Below the pieces are notes generated by a model that saw only the letters and a list, made by a program, of their open reading frames with translations, was not told the DNA's origin and did not search any database. From a virus, in the IMG/VR virus record IMGVR_UViG_3300028794_000198, positions 1-64,000 of that record: 64,000 bases of DNA; one strand, given 5' to 3'. Of this stretch, positions 44,338 to 52,570 are shown piece by piece (the stretch's first letter is position 1; every line of letters starts with the position of its first letter). The translations under genes were made by a program, and so were the position numbers.

Positions 44338-44528
44338 GGCACATCCCTCTCACTCTGTCGCCCCGCGAAGGCCATGAAGATGGCACCCGCGCTGCCGAGA
44401 ATCGCCAGACCTCCTGGGGCGATGTACCTGAGTCCGGCGGTCGTCACCCAGATCCCGGTACACAGCCCCGCGAGGCCAAGGATGAGCAGCGTCGAGGTGT
44501 AGATGGCGTTCTCCTTCCGAACGTTCAC
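44334..44528 (-). CDS. small 2-TM protein
   Basis: Two hydrophobic segments; GTGA overlaps. Confidence 0.55.
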   Translation of the reverse strand: MNVRKENAIYTSTLLILGLAGLCTGIWVTTAGLRYIAPGGLAILGSAGAIFMAFAGRQSERDVP

Positions 44529-45331
44529 GCCGCGACTCCTGCCGCTTCGGCGAGCACGGCTTCCTGTGCGGCCCGGAGTTCCCGCCACTCCCCGATCGTC
44601 TCCCACTTCGCGTTGCATCCGCCGCAACGCACCCGGTGGCTGGCTGCGGACGCGGTGAGCGGCGTCCAGCACGGCCCGTCGTCGAGGCGCACGGGACAGT
44701 TGCCGATCTGCACCCGGCCGGGCCGCCGCTCGTCGTTGACGATGGCCGTGCACTCGCCGTGCAGCTTGCCGATCTCGTCGATGTCCTGGCCGACCTCCTC
44801 GTAACTGCCGCACGCCCACAGCAGGTTGTTCGCGAGGAAGGCGGTGCGACGCTGCACAGCGTCCGCCGCATGGTCGGCACGCCAGTACGGGTAGACGCGA
44901 TCCTCGCGCACTGCCTCACCGACACGTCGGGCCCCGCCCTTGTCGCGCCAGACCGGATAGACGGTGCGAGGTGCAGTGGGCGGCGGGGTGGGCCAGCCGA
45001 GCGCTTGCCGCCACGAGTCCTCAATCGCCTGAAGCCTGGCCGCAACACCGCCGGACCCGACGAGGGCGAGGACTTCGAGCCGGAGCGGGACAGGTGCGGT
45101 GCGGCTACTGGATGAGCTGCCGCCGGGCTGGCGGGCGCCACGCATGAGAGCGGCCGTGGTGTCGAGCTTCCGGAACAGGACGGGGAGTTCAGCGATGCGG
45201 GCCAGGGTGACGTCGCCGCAGGGCCGGCACGCCCACCGGTCGAGCTCGTCGGCCCACAACTGCCGTCCGCAGCGAGGGGTGACGCATGTCGGCCATTCGT
45301 AGCTGTCGTCGTCGGGGGTGTGGTCGCGCAT
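44525..45331 (-). CDS. Zn-finger phage protein (possible late-gene regulator)
   Basis: Cys pairs at both termini (CVTPRC, CRPC, GNCP...C, CGGC). Confidence 0.65.
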   Translation of the reverse strand: MRDHTPDDDSYEWPTCVTPRCGRQLWADELDRWACRPCGDVTLARIAELPVLFRKLDTTAALMRGARQPGGSSSSSRTAPVPLRLEVLALVGSGGVAARLQAIEDSWRQALGWPTPPPTAPRTVYPVWRDKGGARRVGEAVREDRVYPYWRADHAADAVQRRTAFLANNLLWACGSYEEVGQDIDEIGKLHGECTAIVNDERRPGRVQIGNCPVRLDDGPCWTPLTASAASHRVRCGGCNAKWETIGEWRELRAAQEAVLAEAAGVAA

Positions 45332-45421
45332 GGTGCAGTCCTCCGGCGGTGGTACGGGGAACGGGGGCACTACTGAGCCAATGATGCTCTACGTGATTGA
45401 CACGGCGGGCCATTGGCACAG

Positions 45422-45640
45422 TCAGGTGCCGCACTCCACAGCCCGCACGCATCCCCGGCATTCCCCGACCGCCCCGACGACGTACCCGCTGGCGAGCAGC
45501 CCGCTCTTCCCGCAGGCGGCGTGCAGCAGCTCCCACCACCGCTGCTCCTCGGGCCGGCGGACGCGATGCCGGGTGCGGCCGTTGACGAACCGGACGCGCG
45601 CCGGGTATTCGTCGGCGATCGACGGGGCGGGGGCGGTCAC
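45422..45640 (-). CDS. small Cys/His protein
   Basis: H...ACG...CRGC. Confidence 0.5.
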   Translation of the reverse strand: MTAPAPSIADEYPARVRFVNGRTRHRVRRPEEQRWWELLHAACGKSGLLASGYVVGAVGECRGCVRAVECGT

Positions 45641-45876
45641 GGAACGGCTCGGACGGGGATCGTCGCGGTCGACGACCACCAGGTCTCGCGGGTCTCCGGG
45701 TTGCCCGGGCCGGTGCGACGAGAGAAGTCCTCGCCCGCAGTCACCCGGTACTCGTAGCTGCCGTCAGGCCACGGGCCCTTCACCTCGCGGACGGTGGCGG
45801 TCCCGGCGCGGGCGGCGGCCCACTGCTGGCCGTAATGCCGGACGCGGGTGCCGACGCGGACGGGGTGGGTGCTCAT
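45637..45876 (-). CDS. small SH3-like hypothetical protein
   Basis: VGTRVRH...TATVREV. Confidence 0.55.
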   Translation of the reverse strand: MSTHPVRVGTRVRHYGQQWAAARAGTATVREVKGPWPDGSYEYRVTAGEDFSRRTGPGNPETRETWWSSTATIPVRAVP

Positions 45877-46166
45877 CGCGTCTCCTTGCGTGTCGCCCGC
45901 CGTTCCCAGGCGAGCAGCCCGGCAACAGCGGCCTTCTGGATGGTGGCTTCGACCGGGTTGCGGGTGCGCCCACCATCGGCGAACCACCAGTTCCACCCGT
46001 TGCGGCCCGTGCGCGACGTCCCGCCGTAGGACGGTTCGACGACGACCAACACCCGACCGCCGGAGACGACATGCCAGTTGCGGGTGTCCGCCCAGTCGGG
46101 GGCTTTCACGATCTCAGCGGCGTCGATGACGGCGCGGGCCGCTTTCGCGGACAGGGGGCGGGTCAT
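45873..46166 (-). CDS. hypothetical protein
   Basis: Coupled ORF. Confidence 0.6.
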   Translation of the reverse strand: MTRPLSAKAARAVIDAAEIVKAPDWADTRNWHVVSGGRVLVVVEPSYGGTSRTGRNGWNWWFADGGRTRNPVEATIQKAAVAGLLAWERRATRKETR

Positions 46167-46459
46167 GCCGTCTCCTTGCCGGCTCGGTCGGCGAGTCGCG
46201 CGAGCGCCGCTGTGGTGTCGGGCGCGTTCCCGGCGTATCCGCCACCGGGTCCGTAGGCGGTGGGCATCTGGCCCGCGCGGGTGGGAATGTTGATGGCTCC
46301 GATGAACGTCTCATCGGTCGGCTGGTCGCCTTTGAACAGCCACAGGTAGGCGGTTCCGAAGGTGTCGGTGCCGATCGCGATGCTGTGGCCGGGTGGGGTG
46401 GTGTCGTCGACACCGTGCCAGTTGATCGCGCAGTGGGCGGCCAGGAACTTGGCGGGCAT
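46163..46459 (-). CDS. hypothetical protein
   Basis: GAGGA RBS; coupled. Confidence 0.6.
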   Translation of the reverse strand: MPAKFLAAHCAINWHGVDDTTPPGHSIAIGTDTFGTAYLWLFKGDQPTDETFIGAINIPTRAGQMPTAYGPGGGYAGNAPDTTAALARLADRAGKETA

Positions 46460-46461
46460 GG

Positions 46462-46608
46462 TCAGTCCTCGTCTCGGTTGATGTCGCGGTCGCCCCACCA
46501 GCGGTCGAAGCGGGCGGCTTCGGCCGGGGTCTCGTCCCACTCCCGCGCCCCGGGTTCGGTCAGCGGCTCCGGCATGGGCGCCGGGGCAGGCTCGGGCGGG
46601 GCGGTCAC
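46462..46608 (-). CDS. small hypothetical protein
   Basis: GTGA overlap. Confidence 0.4.
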   Translation of the reverse strand: MTAPPEPAPAPMPEPLTEPGAREWDETPAEAARFDRWWGDRDINRDED

Positions 46609-46892
46609 GGCTGGTCGTCGCAGACGCACGCCTCGTGCGGGAACCAGCACGGCCTGGGGTGGGCCTTTGAGGCGTCGCGGACGGCGATGATGGCGCCGAT
46701 CTCGTCGTTGCTGAGGCCTTTGGCGAGGCGGTAGCTCTCGCGCCAGCCGTCGGCCTCCGCGTACTGCTCGTCGTTGTCGGCGAGGAGCCGCAGCGCTATG
46801 TCTCGCGCTTCCTGCACGGTCAAGGCGGGGTCGTTCAGGCGCTTGCGGATCTGGTCGATCTCGTCGTTGGTGAGCGGCTGGTGGGTGGTCAT
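46605..46892 (-). CDS. hypothetical protein
   Basis: Internal repeat LTNDEI/LSNDEI. Confidence 0.55.
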   Translation of the reverse strand: MTTHQPLTNDEIDQIRKRLNDPALTVQEARDIALRLLADNDEQYAEADGWRESYRLAKGLSNDEIGAIIAVRDASKAHPRPCWFPHEACVCDDQP

Positions 46893-47434
46893 CGGGGCTC
46901 CTCGCCTTCGGCCGGGTTGGTGACGGTGACGCCGTCGCGGGTGCGGGACAGGACGCGGTCGTACTCGCGCTTGGGGTCGTCCCAGCCGCCTCCACCGCCA
47001 TCGAGGGTGAGGGTTTTGGCGTTGGCGCGCTTCACCTTGTAGGTGCTGGTGACGGCGAGGTCGCGCCGGAAGTCGCGGACCTTGACGATGTCGCCGGGCT
47101 GGAAGTCGGAGCGCTGCCACGGCCGGGAGCGCGTCGCTTCGACTGCCGCAAGGTCCGCTACGTCTTTCGCCTGGCTCGCTTTCTGCTGCGCCCGGGCGGC
47201 CATCTCGCGGGCTTCGATGGCGCGGCGGGTGGCGTTGTCGGCGCGGTCGCGGTCGCGGACTGCGGACCGGTAGGAGTGGTGGCCGACGAGGAGCGGCTGC
47301 CCGCCGGCGAACCGGCCGTACATGCCGGATGCGTGGTCGCTCATCTGGTCGGCGGTCTTCTTGAGTTCGTCCGCTCGCCGTTGAAGACGCTCGGCGTCGC
47401 GCTGTTCGGGGTTTTCGTTCGCGGCGTCCACCAC
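46889..47434 (-). CDS. DUF3560-like hypothetical protein
   Basis: GQPLLVGHHS..S..R motif; C-terminal FQPGD.V...RANAKT. Confidence 0.65.
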   Translation of the reverse strand: MVDAANENPEQRDAERLQRRADELKKTADQMSDHASGMYGRFAGGQPLLVGHHSYRSAVRDRDRADNATRRAIEAREMAARAQQKASQAKDVADLAAVEATRSRPWQRSDFQPGDIVKVRDFRRDLAVTSTYKVKRANAKTLTLDGGGGGWDDPKREYDRVLSRTRDGVTVTNPAEGEEPR

Positions 47435-47440
47435 GTGCTC

Positions 47441-47701
47441 CTATCGGTTGAGGCCGGGCAGGTCGCCCCAGCCGTGTACGAGCCCCGGGTTGTGGGCGGC
47501 CAGTACCTTGGTGGCGGCAGCGATCCGGGCGAGCGCCGCCTGCCGACCTTCCTCATAGCGGGGCTGTCGGCAGAGGGAGAGGTGGACGCAGGCTTCCCAG
47601 GATTCGCGGCGCGCGTCCCGGATGTGGGGCGGGAGTTGCCGGGCGGCTAGGTCGGCGACTGCATCCGGGACGGGGACGGTGTACGGCGGGCGGGCGATCA
47701 C
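47441..47701 (-). CDS. hypothetical protein
   Basis: ...KVLAAHNPGL. Confidence 0.55.
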   Translation of the reverse strand: MIARPPYTVPVPDAVADLAARQLPPHIRDARRESWEACVHLSLCRQPRYEEGRQAALARIAAATKVLAAHNPGLVHGWGDLPGLNR

Positions 47702-47934
47702 GGCTTCCGCTCCCCCAGCGCCCCGATGGCCGCGATGACGTCGGCGACGCCCCGGTTGTAGGCCTCGTCGGTTTCGTCGCCGGTCGCGTCGGTGAGGTAC
47801 TCGCCGCGCGCCGCCTCAATGGCCTTGGCCAACTGGAGGGCGTCGTGCTCGGCGAGGATGCTTTCGGCTTCTGCGCGTTCGGTGCATCCGCTGACCGTGA
47901 TCGCGCCGATGATGTACTCGGTCGGGTTCTGCAT
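47698..47934 (-). CDS. hypothetical protein
   Basis: GAGGAG RBS. Confidence 0.6.
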   Translation of the reverse strand: MQNPTEYIIGAITVSGCTERAEAESILAEHDALQLAKAIEAARGEYLTDATGDETDEAYNRGVADVIAAIGALGERKP

Positions 47935-48009
47935 GTCGATCTCCTCAGGCGGCAAGTCGGGCGACGGTTCGGTGGTGGAGCCCGGCCTCGAAAGGCCGGG
48001 CGGGGCGGG

Positions 48010-48333
48010 TCAGGACAGTTCGGTGAAGCACAGCCAGGCGGCCCGGTCCCGGCCGCTGTAGCCGAGGGCCTGGATCGCGTGCGCGAGTTGGACGTCCCAG
48101 CCGGCCTGCTGCTCCGGGGAGATGCCCGCCGCGCTCCGGTACTCGCCGGGCTCGACCTCCTTGCTGTAGGCGACCAGGAAGATCTGCTCACCCTGGTTGG
48201 AGCCGCCGGCCGCAGAGTGCACGTCGGGGCACCGGTCCTTGATCGTGTCCAGGACTTCGTCGATCCGTTCGGCCTCATCGGCGTCGGAGCCGACGTGCAG
48301 GCCGTAGGCGAGGAATGCGGTGTTCGTGTCCAC
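48010..48333 (-). CDS. hypothetical protein
   Basis: AFLAYG...VEPGE. Confidence 0.6.
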   Translation of the reverse strand: MDTNTAFLAYGLHVGSDADEAERIDEVLDTIKDRCPDVHSAAGGSNQGEQIFLVAYSKEVEPGEYRSAAGISPEQQAGWDVQLAHAIQALGYSGRDRAAWLCFTELS

Positions 48334-48388
48334 GGGGAGACCTTTCGTCGCGGGGCCGGACTGATTCGGGCGCAAGGGTGTTGCGTTG

Positions 48389-48422
48389 CGTAGGGGGCCC
48401 GGGTTGTCCCGGGCCCCCTACG
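48389..48422. terminator. perfect stem-loop
   Basis: CGTAGGGGGCCCGGG-TTGT-CCCGGGCCCCCTACG. Confidence 0.6.
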
Positions 48423-48429
48423 GTTCGAT

Positions 48430-48621
48430 CTAGCCCATCATCCGGCGCCACACCGAGACGGTCTCCTCGTCGCCGCTGATGTTGAATTCGACCTTCCCGT
48501 TGTCTTGGATCTTGGTCGATACGCTGAGCCCGCCCTCCCGGAGTGCGTCGCGGTTCTCCTTGAGGGTGGTGCCGCGCAGGTCTTCGGTCGTGCGGGTGAA
48601 GCTGAACCGGCTCTTCGCCAT
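48430..48621 (-). CDS. small hypothetical protein
   Basis: AGGGAG RBS; consensus promoter upstream. Confidence 0.65.
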   Translation of the reverse strand: MAKSRFSFTRTTEDLRGTTLKENRDALREGGLSVSTKIQDNGKVEFNISGDEETVSVWRRMMG

Positions 48622-48664
48622 GTGAACTCCCTGTTGAGGTGTCGTTCCGTCTTGCGATACCTCA

Positions 48665-48734
48665 AATATAGTGGGTACCCATCAATACGTCAAGTGGGTA
48701 CCCACTAGATCTTTTCATGGGTACCCACTACACT
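48665..48734. promoter_or_regulatory. divergent promoters with three palindromic operators TGGGTACCCA
   Basis: Operator centres at 48676/7, 48699/700 and 48722/3 (23-bp period). Leftward TTGACG-17-TATATT; rightward -10 TACACT 6 nt before ATG 48741. Confidence 0.8.
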
Positions 48735-48740
48735 CGACAC

Positions 48741-49016
48741 ATGGACACTCCACCCAAGCCGTTTCAGCAGCTCACCGCCCTCGCCGGCTCCGAGAGCATC
48801 GAGCGCGCCCAGGCCCTGACCGAGGCGTTGAAGGCCATCCCTGACCTTCAACACTGGCTGCGGGAGCAGCGCCAGCACGTCGTCCGCACCCTCCATGAGC
48901 GGGACGGAATCAGCTACACCGACATGGCGCCCGCCCTCGGGGTCAAGCCTGAGCGCGTGTCAGGCATTGCCCGTGGCCACAGCCGTTCATCAAGGAAGGG
49001 CAGCGCCGAGGGCTGA
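48741..49016 (+). CDS. small HTH regulator
   Basis: GISYTDMAPALGVKPERVSGIARG; leaderless. Confidence 0.8.
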   Translation: MDTPPKPFQQLTALAGSESIERAQALTEALKAIPDLQHWLREQRQHVVRTLHERDGISYTDMAPALGVKPERVSGIARGHSRSSRKGSAEG

Positions 49017-49052
49017 CCGGCGCCCGGTGGATGGCCCGCGCCGCACCCGACA

Positions 49053-49092
49053 CGCAAGCCCCGACCGGAGACGATCCCGGTCGGGGCTTGCG
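49053..49092. terminator. stem-loop between convergent genes
   Basis: CGCAAGCCCCGACCGG...CCGGTCGGGGCTTGCG. Confidence 0.65.
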
Positions 49093-49106
49093 AGTGCCCG
49101 GGCAGG

Positions 49107-49646
49107 TCACCGCTGGTTGATGTTCTTGACCCAGACGGCCCGGGTGTTGGTGGTGCGGTGCTCGTGATATTCGGGCCCGTTGTGGTGGTGCACGTCGGGC
49201 ACGACAGCCCGCTTGGCCTTGCCGATGGCACCCCCGACGGCGGTCACGACCATGGCGAAACCGGCGAACGGGAGGGCAACGGTCAGAACACCGGCCAGGG
49301 TCACGGTGGACAGGCTGTGGATAACCGACGACAGGCCCTTGCAGGCGAGCCAGACCGCACAGCCGAGGCCGATGGATCCGACACCGACTCCGATGGAGCC
49401 GACGGCGATTCCGAGCGCCCAGGCGGGCACGATCCGGCTGTCGGGCTGCGGGACGGGCGGGGTGGTGCCAACGCGAGGCCCGTCCTCGAATGACGGGATG
49501 CTCTCGTCGTCGACGCGGACGGCGGTGGGCTTGTCGGTGCCGATCTCGTCGAGGGCTGCGAAGAGGCGGCGGATGTTGTCGCGGTCGGCTTGCGTGGCCT
49601 GCCCGGCCGCGGCGGCGGTGGGCGTCGGCTCGGGCAGGTCGAGCAT
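49107..49646 (-). CDS. SpdD-like 2-TM protein
   Basis: Pro-rich N-terminus, 2 TMs, C-terminal HHHNGP..H; downstream of traB. Confidence 0.6.
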   Translation of the reverse strand: MLDLPEPTPTAAAAGQATQADRDNIRRLFAALDEIGTDKPTAVRVDDESIPSFEDGPRVGTTPPVPQPDSRIVPAWALGIAVGSIGVGVGSIGLGCAVWLACKGLSSVIHSLSTVTLAGVLTVALPFAGFAMVVTAVGGAIGKAKRAVVPDVHHHNGPEYHEHRTTNTRAVWVKNINQR

Positions 49647-49672
49647 GGGGTGAGGTCTCCTTCGGGTAGTGG

Positions 49673-50320
49673 TTACGGGGTGGCAGCCTTGGCGGTCGCC
49701 TTGGCCGGCTTCTTGCGGGTGCTGGTCTTGGGTGCGGGTGTGGGCGGCGACGGGGCCATGGCGGCTGCGGCGGTCTGCTGCGCGTACCACTTGCCGCCGA
49801 CGCTCGCCCCGCCGTGCACCTGCTTCTCGTGGGCCCGCAAGGCGCTGGTGGCCTTCTTGGCGTCCTGGAAGCGGGGCTTCACCTTCTTGCCGCAGGGGCA
49901 GCTCCAGCCGATCAGGCCGGAGCCTTTGTCGGCACCGAACCGGCTCGCCTTGTAGACGGCCCACTTGCTGGCCGTGGCCTTGGTGCCCTTCGCGGGGCAG
50001 GGCTTGGATCCGGTGAGGGTTCCGTCCTTGGCCCGGGTGGCGATCTGTCCGTTGCCGTGGCAGGTGGTGCAGTTCTCGTGGGTGATGCGGCGGATGGCCG
50101 CGGCCTTGCGGGAGGTGGTCACGTCGCGGTGGGTGTCGACCATGGGGGCGATGACCCGCAGCACCAGCCAGGTGCCGAGGCGGGCGTGGAGCGGGCCGCT
50201 GCGCGGGATTTTGACCCGCCGGGCGGGATGCGTGCGCCGGACGGCGGTCGCGGTGGTGCGGCGGCGCGCCGGGGCCTTGCGGCGGGCGGTCGGCCGCCTT
50301 GCGGAACGCTTCGCTGCCAT
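49673..50320 (-). CDS. basic Zn-finger protein of the transfer region
   Basis: CTTCHG.G, CP, CPCG...H...H; Arg/Lys-rich ends. Confidence 0.7.
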   Translation of the reverse strand: MAAKRSARRPTARRKAPARRRTTATAVRRTHPARRVKIPRSGPLHARLGTWLVLRVIAPMVDTHRDVTTSRKAAAIRRITHENCTTCHGNGQIATRAKDGTLTGSKPCPAKGTKATASKWAVYKASRFGADKGSGLIGWSCPCGKKVKPRFQDAKKATSALRAHEKQVHGGASVGGKWYAQQTAAAAMAPSPPTPAPKTSTRKKPAKATAKAATP

Positions 50321-50361
50321 GATCGGGACTCCTTCTCAAGAACTTCACATATGTGGATCAA

Positions 50362-50504
50362 TAGGGTGTCTATGGGCCGTCTTTGGCCCGACTAAGGCCC
50401 GTCTATGGCCCGGCTACCTGCGGTTCCTCTTGATCGCCCAGTCGGGCCATAGACGGGGTGAAGACGGGGGTTAGGCGGCCCGTAGACGGGCCATAGTCGG
50501 GCCC
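50362..50504. repeat. clt-like locus: two inverted arrays of an 11-bp unit (consensus TAGACGGGCCA)
   Basis: 5 reverse units at 50362-50416 and 6 forward units at 50439-50504, overlapping the 3' end of traB. Confidence 0.85.
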
Positions 50505-52570
50505 AACAGGCCTGCGGCGGCCTGCTCAACAGACTCTCGGGACCAGCCGCGGACCTGCGCCCGGCCATCCCACTCCTGACGGATCGCCGTCACCGACGGG
50601 GCATGCTTCCGAAGCAGCTGAGAGAGGCCGTTGGCGTCCATCTGCACGCCCGCCTCGCCGAGCGCGGGGAGCAGTTCCTCGGTCGTCGGCAGGAACGTCT
50701 TCGCGCCGAACGCCCGCAGCAGAACGGCGACCGTCGCCGCATCCTCCACACCGCCCTGCTCGTCGAGAGCGACGAGGCGGTCGGCCAGGGACGCTTCGCC
50801 CGCCGCACCATCGCGGCGGATCACGTGCAGCAGGTTGGCGGCGGCGAGGCTGGCGTGGTCGAACCAGGGACGTCCGGCGTCCTTGCGGTCCTTGACGGCC
50901 TGCCGAATCTGGTCACGCTCGAACCGGTTCCACCGCCACAGCACGGGCCGGTCGAAGCCAGGGCCAGCGATGTAGAACTTGCCGGCGTCGTAGACCCGCT
51001 CGTCGTCGACGGCCGGACGCAGCCGGTCGGGACGGTATCCCGCCGCGGAGGCCCCCTTACCCAGGACAAGGGGGATGTCCTCGCTGCGCGCGGCGAGCAT
51101 CACCCGGTAGGTGACGGCGCTGGCGATGGCGTCACCGAGGGAGTCTTGTGTGGCTTCCTGGGCGGCGAAGAGGAGGTAGACGCCGGTCTCGCGGCCGATG
51201 CGGAGGATCTCGATGGCGAGTTCCTTGGCTTCCTTGGGTAGGAAGATGAACTCGTCGATCAGGCCGAAGATGGCGGGCTCTTCGGGGGTGGGCTCCCACA
51301 GGTCGCCCATCTCCTTGGCCGACTTGACCTGATTGCGGGCCGAGGCGATGTCGCGCAGCCAGCGCAGCTTCTCCGTGCACTCCTTCGGTCCACGGATCGG
51401 CGGCAGCGCCATGACCTCGGAGAACTCGCGGATTCCGTCCTTGACCGGGTCCATCTCGATGGCGATGGCGTCCCGGCATGCGGTGATGACCTCGGCGAGG
51501 CAGCGCAGCGCCCCCTTCGTCTTCGCCGACCCGGACGAACCGATGACCATCATGAACATTCCGCGCAGGCGCATCTCCAGCAAGGTGCCGTCCATGCAGC
51601 GGCCGTACACCACCGCATCCTTCACCGACAGGCTGTTCGGCGAGTGCACCGACGGCCGGGGCATGTCGGCGAACGGATCCGACTGCACGAGACGCAGCGT
51701 GAGGTGGGAGTTGTCCTCCGGGTCCGGCTCGCACAGGGTCTGCCCCTTGCCGATGCCGAAGTGGGAGTCCAGCTTGCTCATTACGGCGTTGACCTGCTCC
51801 GGCGCCGCCCCCTTGAGGACGACGTCGATCTCCCAGCCCCAGCCACGGTAGCCGAGCACGCGCACCGCGCGGGTGTCGATGCCCTCCCAGGCGAGCGCCC
51901 GGGTGACGCACTGCTCGACCTTGTCCGGCGACTGCGCAACCGCGAGCGGGAACGGCTCGTCGCTGGTCGGGTCGTCCTGCTCGGCGACGATCTGCTCGGG
52001 CGCAAGGCCGGTGTTGTTGAGCCGGTAGCGCCCGTACCAGGTGACGGCGGAGGCCACGGACAGGGCGAGCACGCCTGGCGTGATCCACCACGAGTCCGCG
52101 GCGGTCATGCCCGCTTCGGCGACGAGCGCCCACCAGCCGGCGAGGTTGAGTGCGGCCAGCGCGCCGGCGCCCCAGCCGAGGAACTTCCAGCGCCGGTGGC
52201 GGATCTCGGTGTTGCGGCGCCAGTCGGTCGACGAGGTGACGCCGCCGATCGCCTCCTGATAGTCGTGGGAGCGCAGGTACCGCCAGCCGAGGAAGGAGAC
52301 AGCGCCGGCGCCGGCGCCGAACCAGCGAGCCGCCGTCCAACTGCCGCGCACCGACAGGCCGACAGCGCGCCCGGTGGTCTTGGCGACGACCATGGCCGCG
52401 CTGCCGGTCTTCCGCAGTACCGGGTAGGCCGGCTCGTAGGGCAGGAGGACGCCAGGCGCGATGTCGTCGTCGAGTTCCCCGGACAGGTCGTCGGGGACTT
52501 CGAGCTCGCCCGGGATCACCTTCGTCAGGTCCCAGCCGGGCGGGAGTTCCGGGTTCATCTCGAGGCTCAT
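50471..52570 (-). CDS. traB: TraB-like FtsK/SpoIIIE conjugative DNA translocase
   Basis: N-terminal TMs, Walker A GSSGSAKT, MDPVK, Walker B LIDE, RIGRETGVYL..AAQ, C-terminal wHTH. Confidence 0.85.
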   Translation of the reverse strand: MSLEMNPELPPGWDLTKVIPGELEVPDDLSGELDDDIAPGVLLPYEPAYPVLRKTGSAAMVVAKTTGRAVGLSVRGSWTAARWFGAGAGAVSFLGWRYLRSHDYQEAIGGVTSSTDWRRNTEIRHRRWKFLGWGAGALAALNLAGWWALVAEAGMTAADSWWITPGVLALSVASAVTWYGRYRLNNTGLAPEQIVAEQDDPTSDEPFPLAVAQSPDKVEQCVTRALAWEGIDTRAVRVLGYRGWGWEIDVVLKGAAPEQVNAVMSKLDSHFGIGKGQTLCEPDPEDNSHLTLRLVQSDPFADMPRPSVHSPNSLSVKDAVVYGRCMDGTLLEMRLRGMFMMVIGSSGSAKTKGALRCLAEVITACRDAIAIEMDPVKDGIREFSEVMALPPIRGPKECTEKLRWLRDIASARNQVKSAKEMGDLWEPTPEEPAIFGLIDEFIFLPKEAKELAIEILRIGRETGVYLLFAAQEATQDSLGDAIASAVTYRVMLAARSEDIPLVLGKGASAAGYRPDRLRPAVDDERVYDAGKFYIAGPGFDRPVLWRWNRFERDQIRQAVKDRKDAGRPWFDHASLAAANLLHVIRRDGAAGEASLADRLVALDEQGGVEDAATVAVLLRAFGAKTFLPTTEELLPALGEAGVQMDANGLSQLLRKHAPSVTAIRQEWDGRAQVRGWSRESVEQAAAGLLGPTMARLRAA

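Noticed and set aside
50362-50504. CRISPR array or replication iterons
   Set aside because: The units are 11 bp, contiguous, with no spacers, and there is no cas or rep gene nearby. The position at the traB 3' end favours clt.
50471-52570. Chromosomal cell-division FtsK or type VII secretion EccC
   Set aside because: Single ATPase domain with a non-gamma C-terminal wHTH, in spd/kor/clt context, with no ESX genes.
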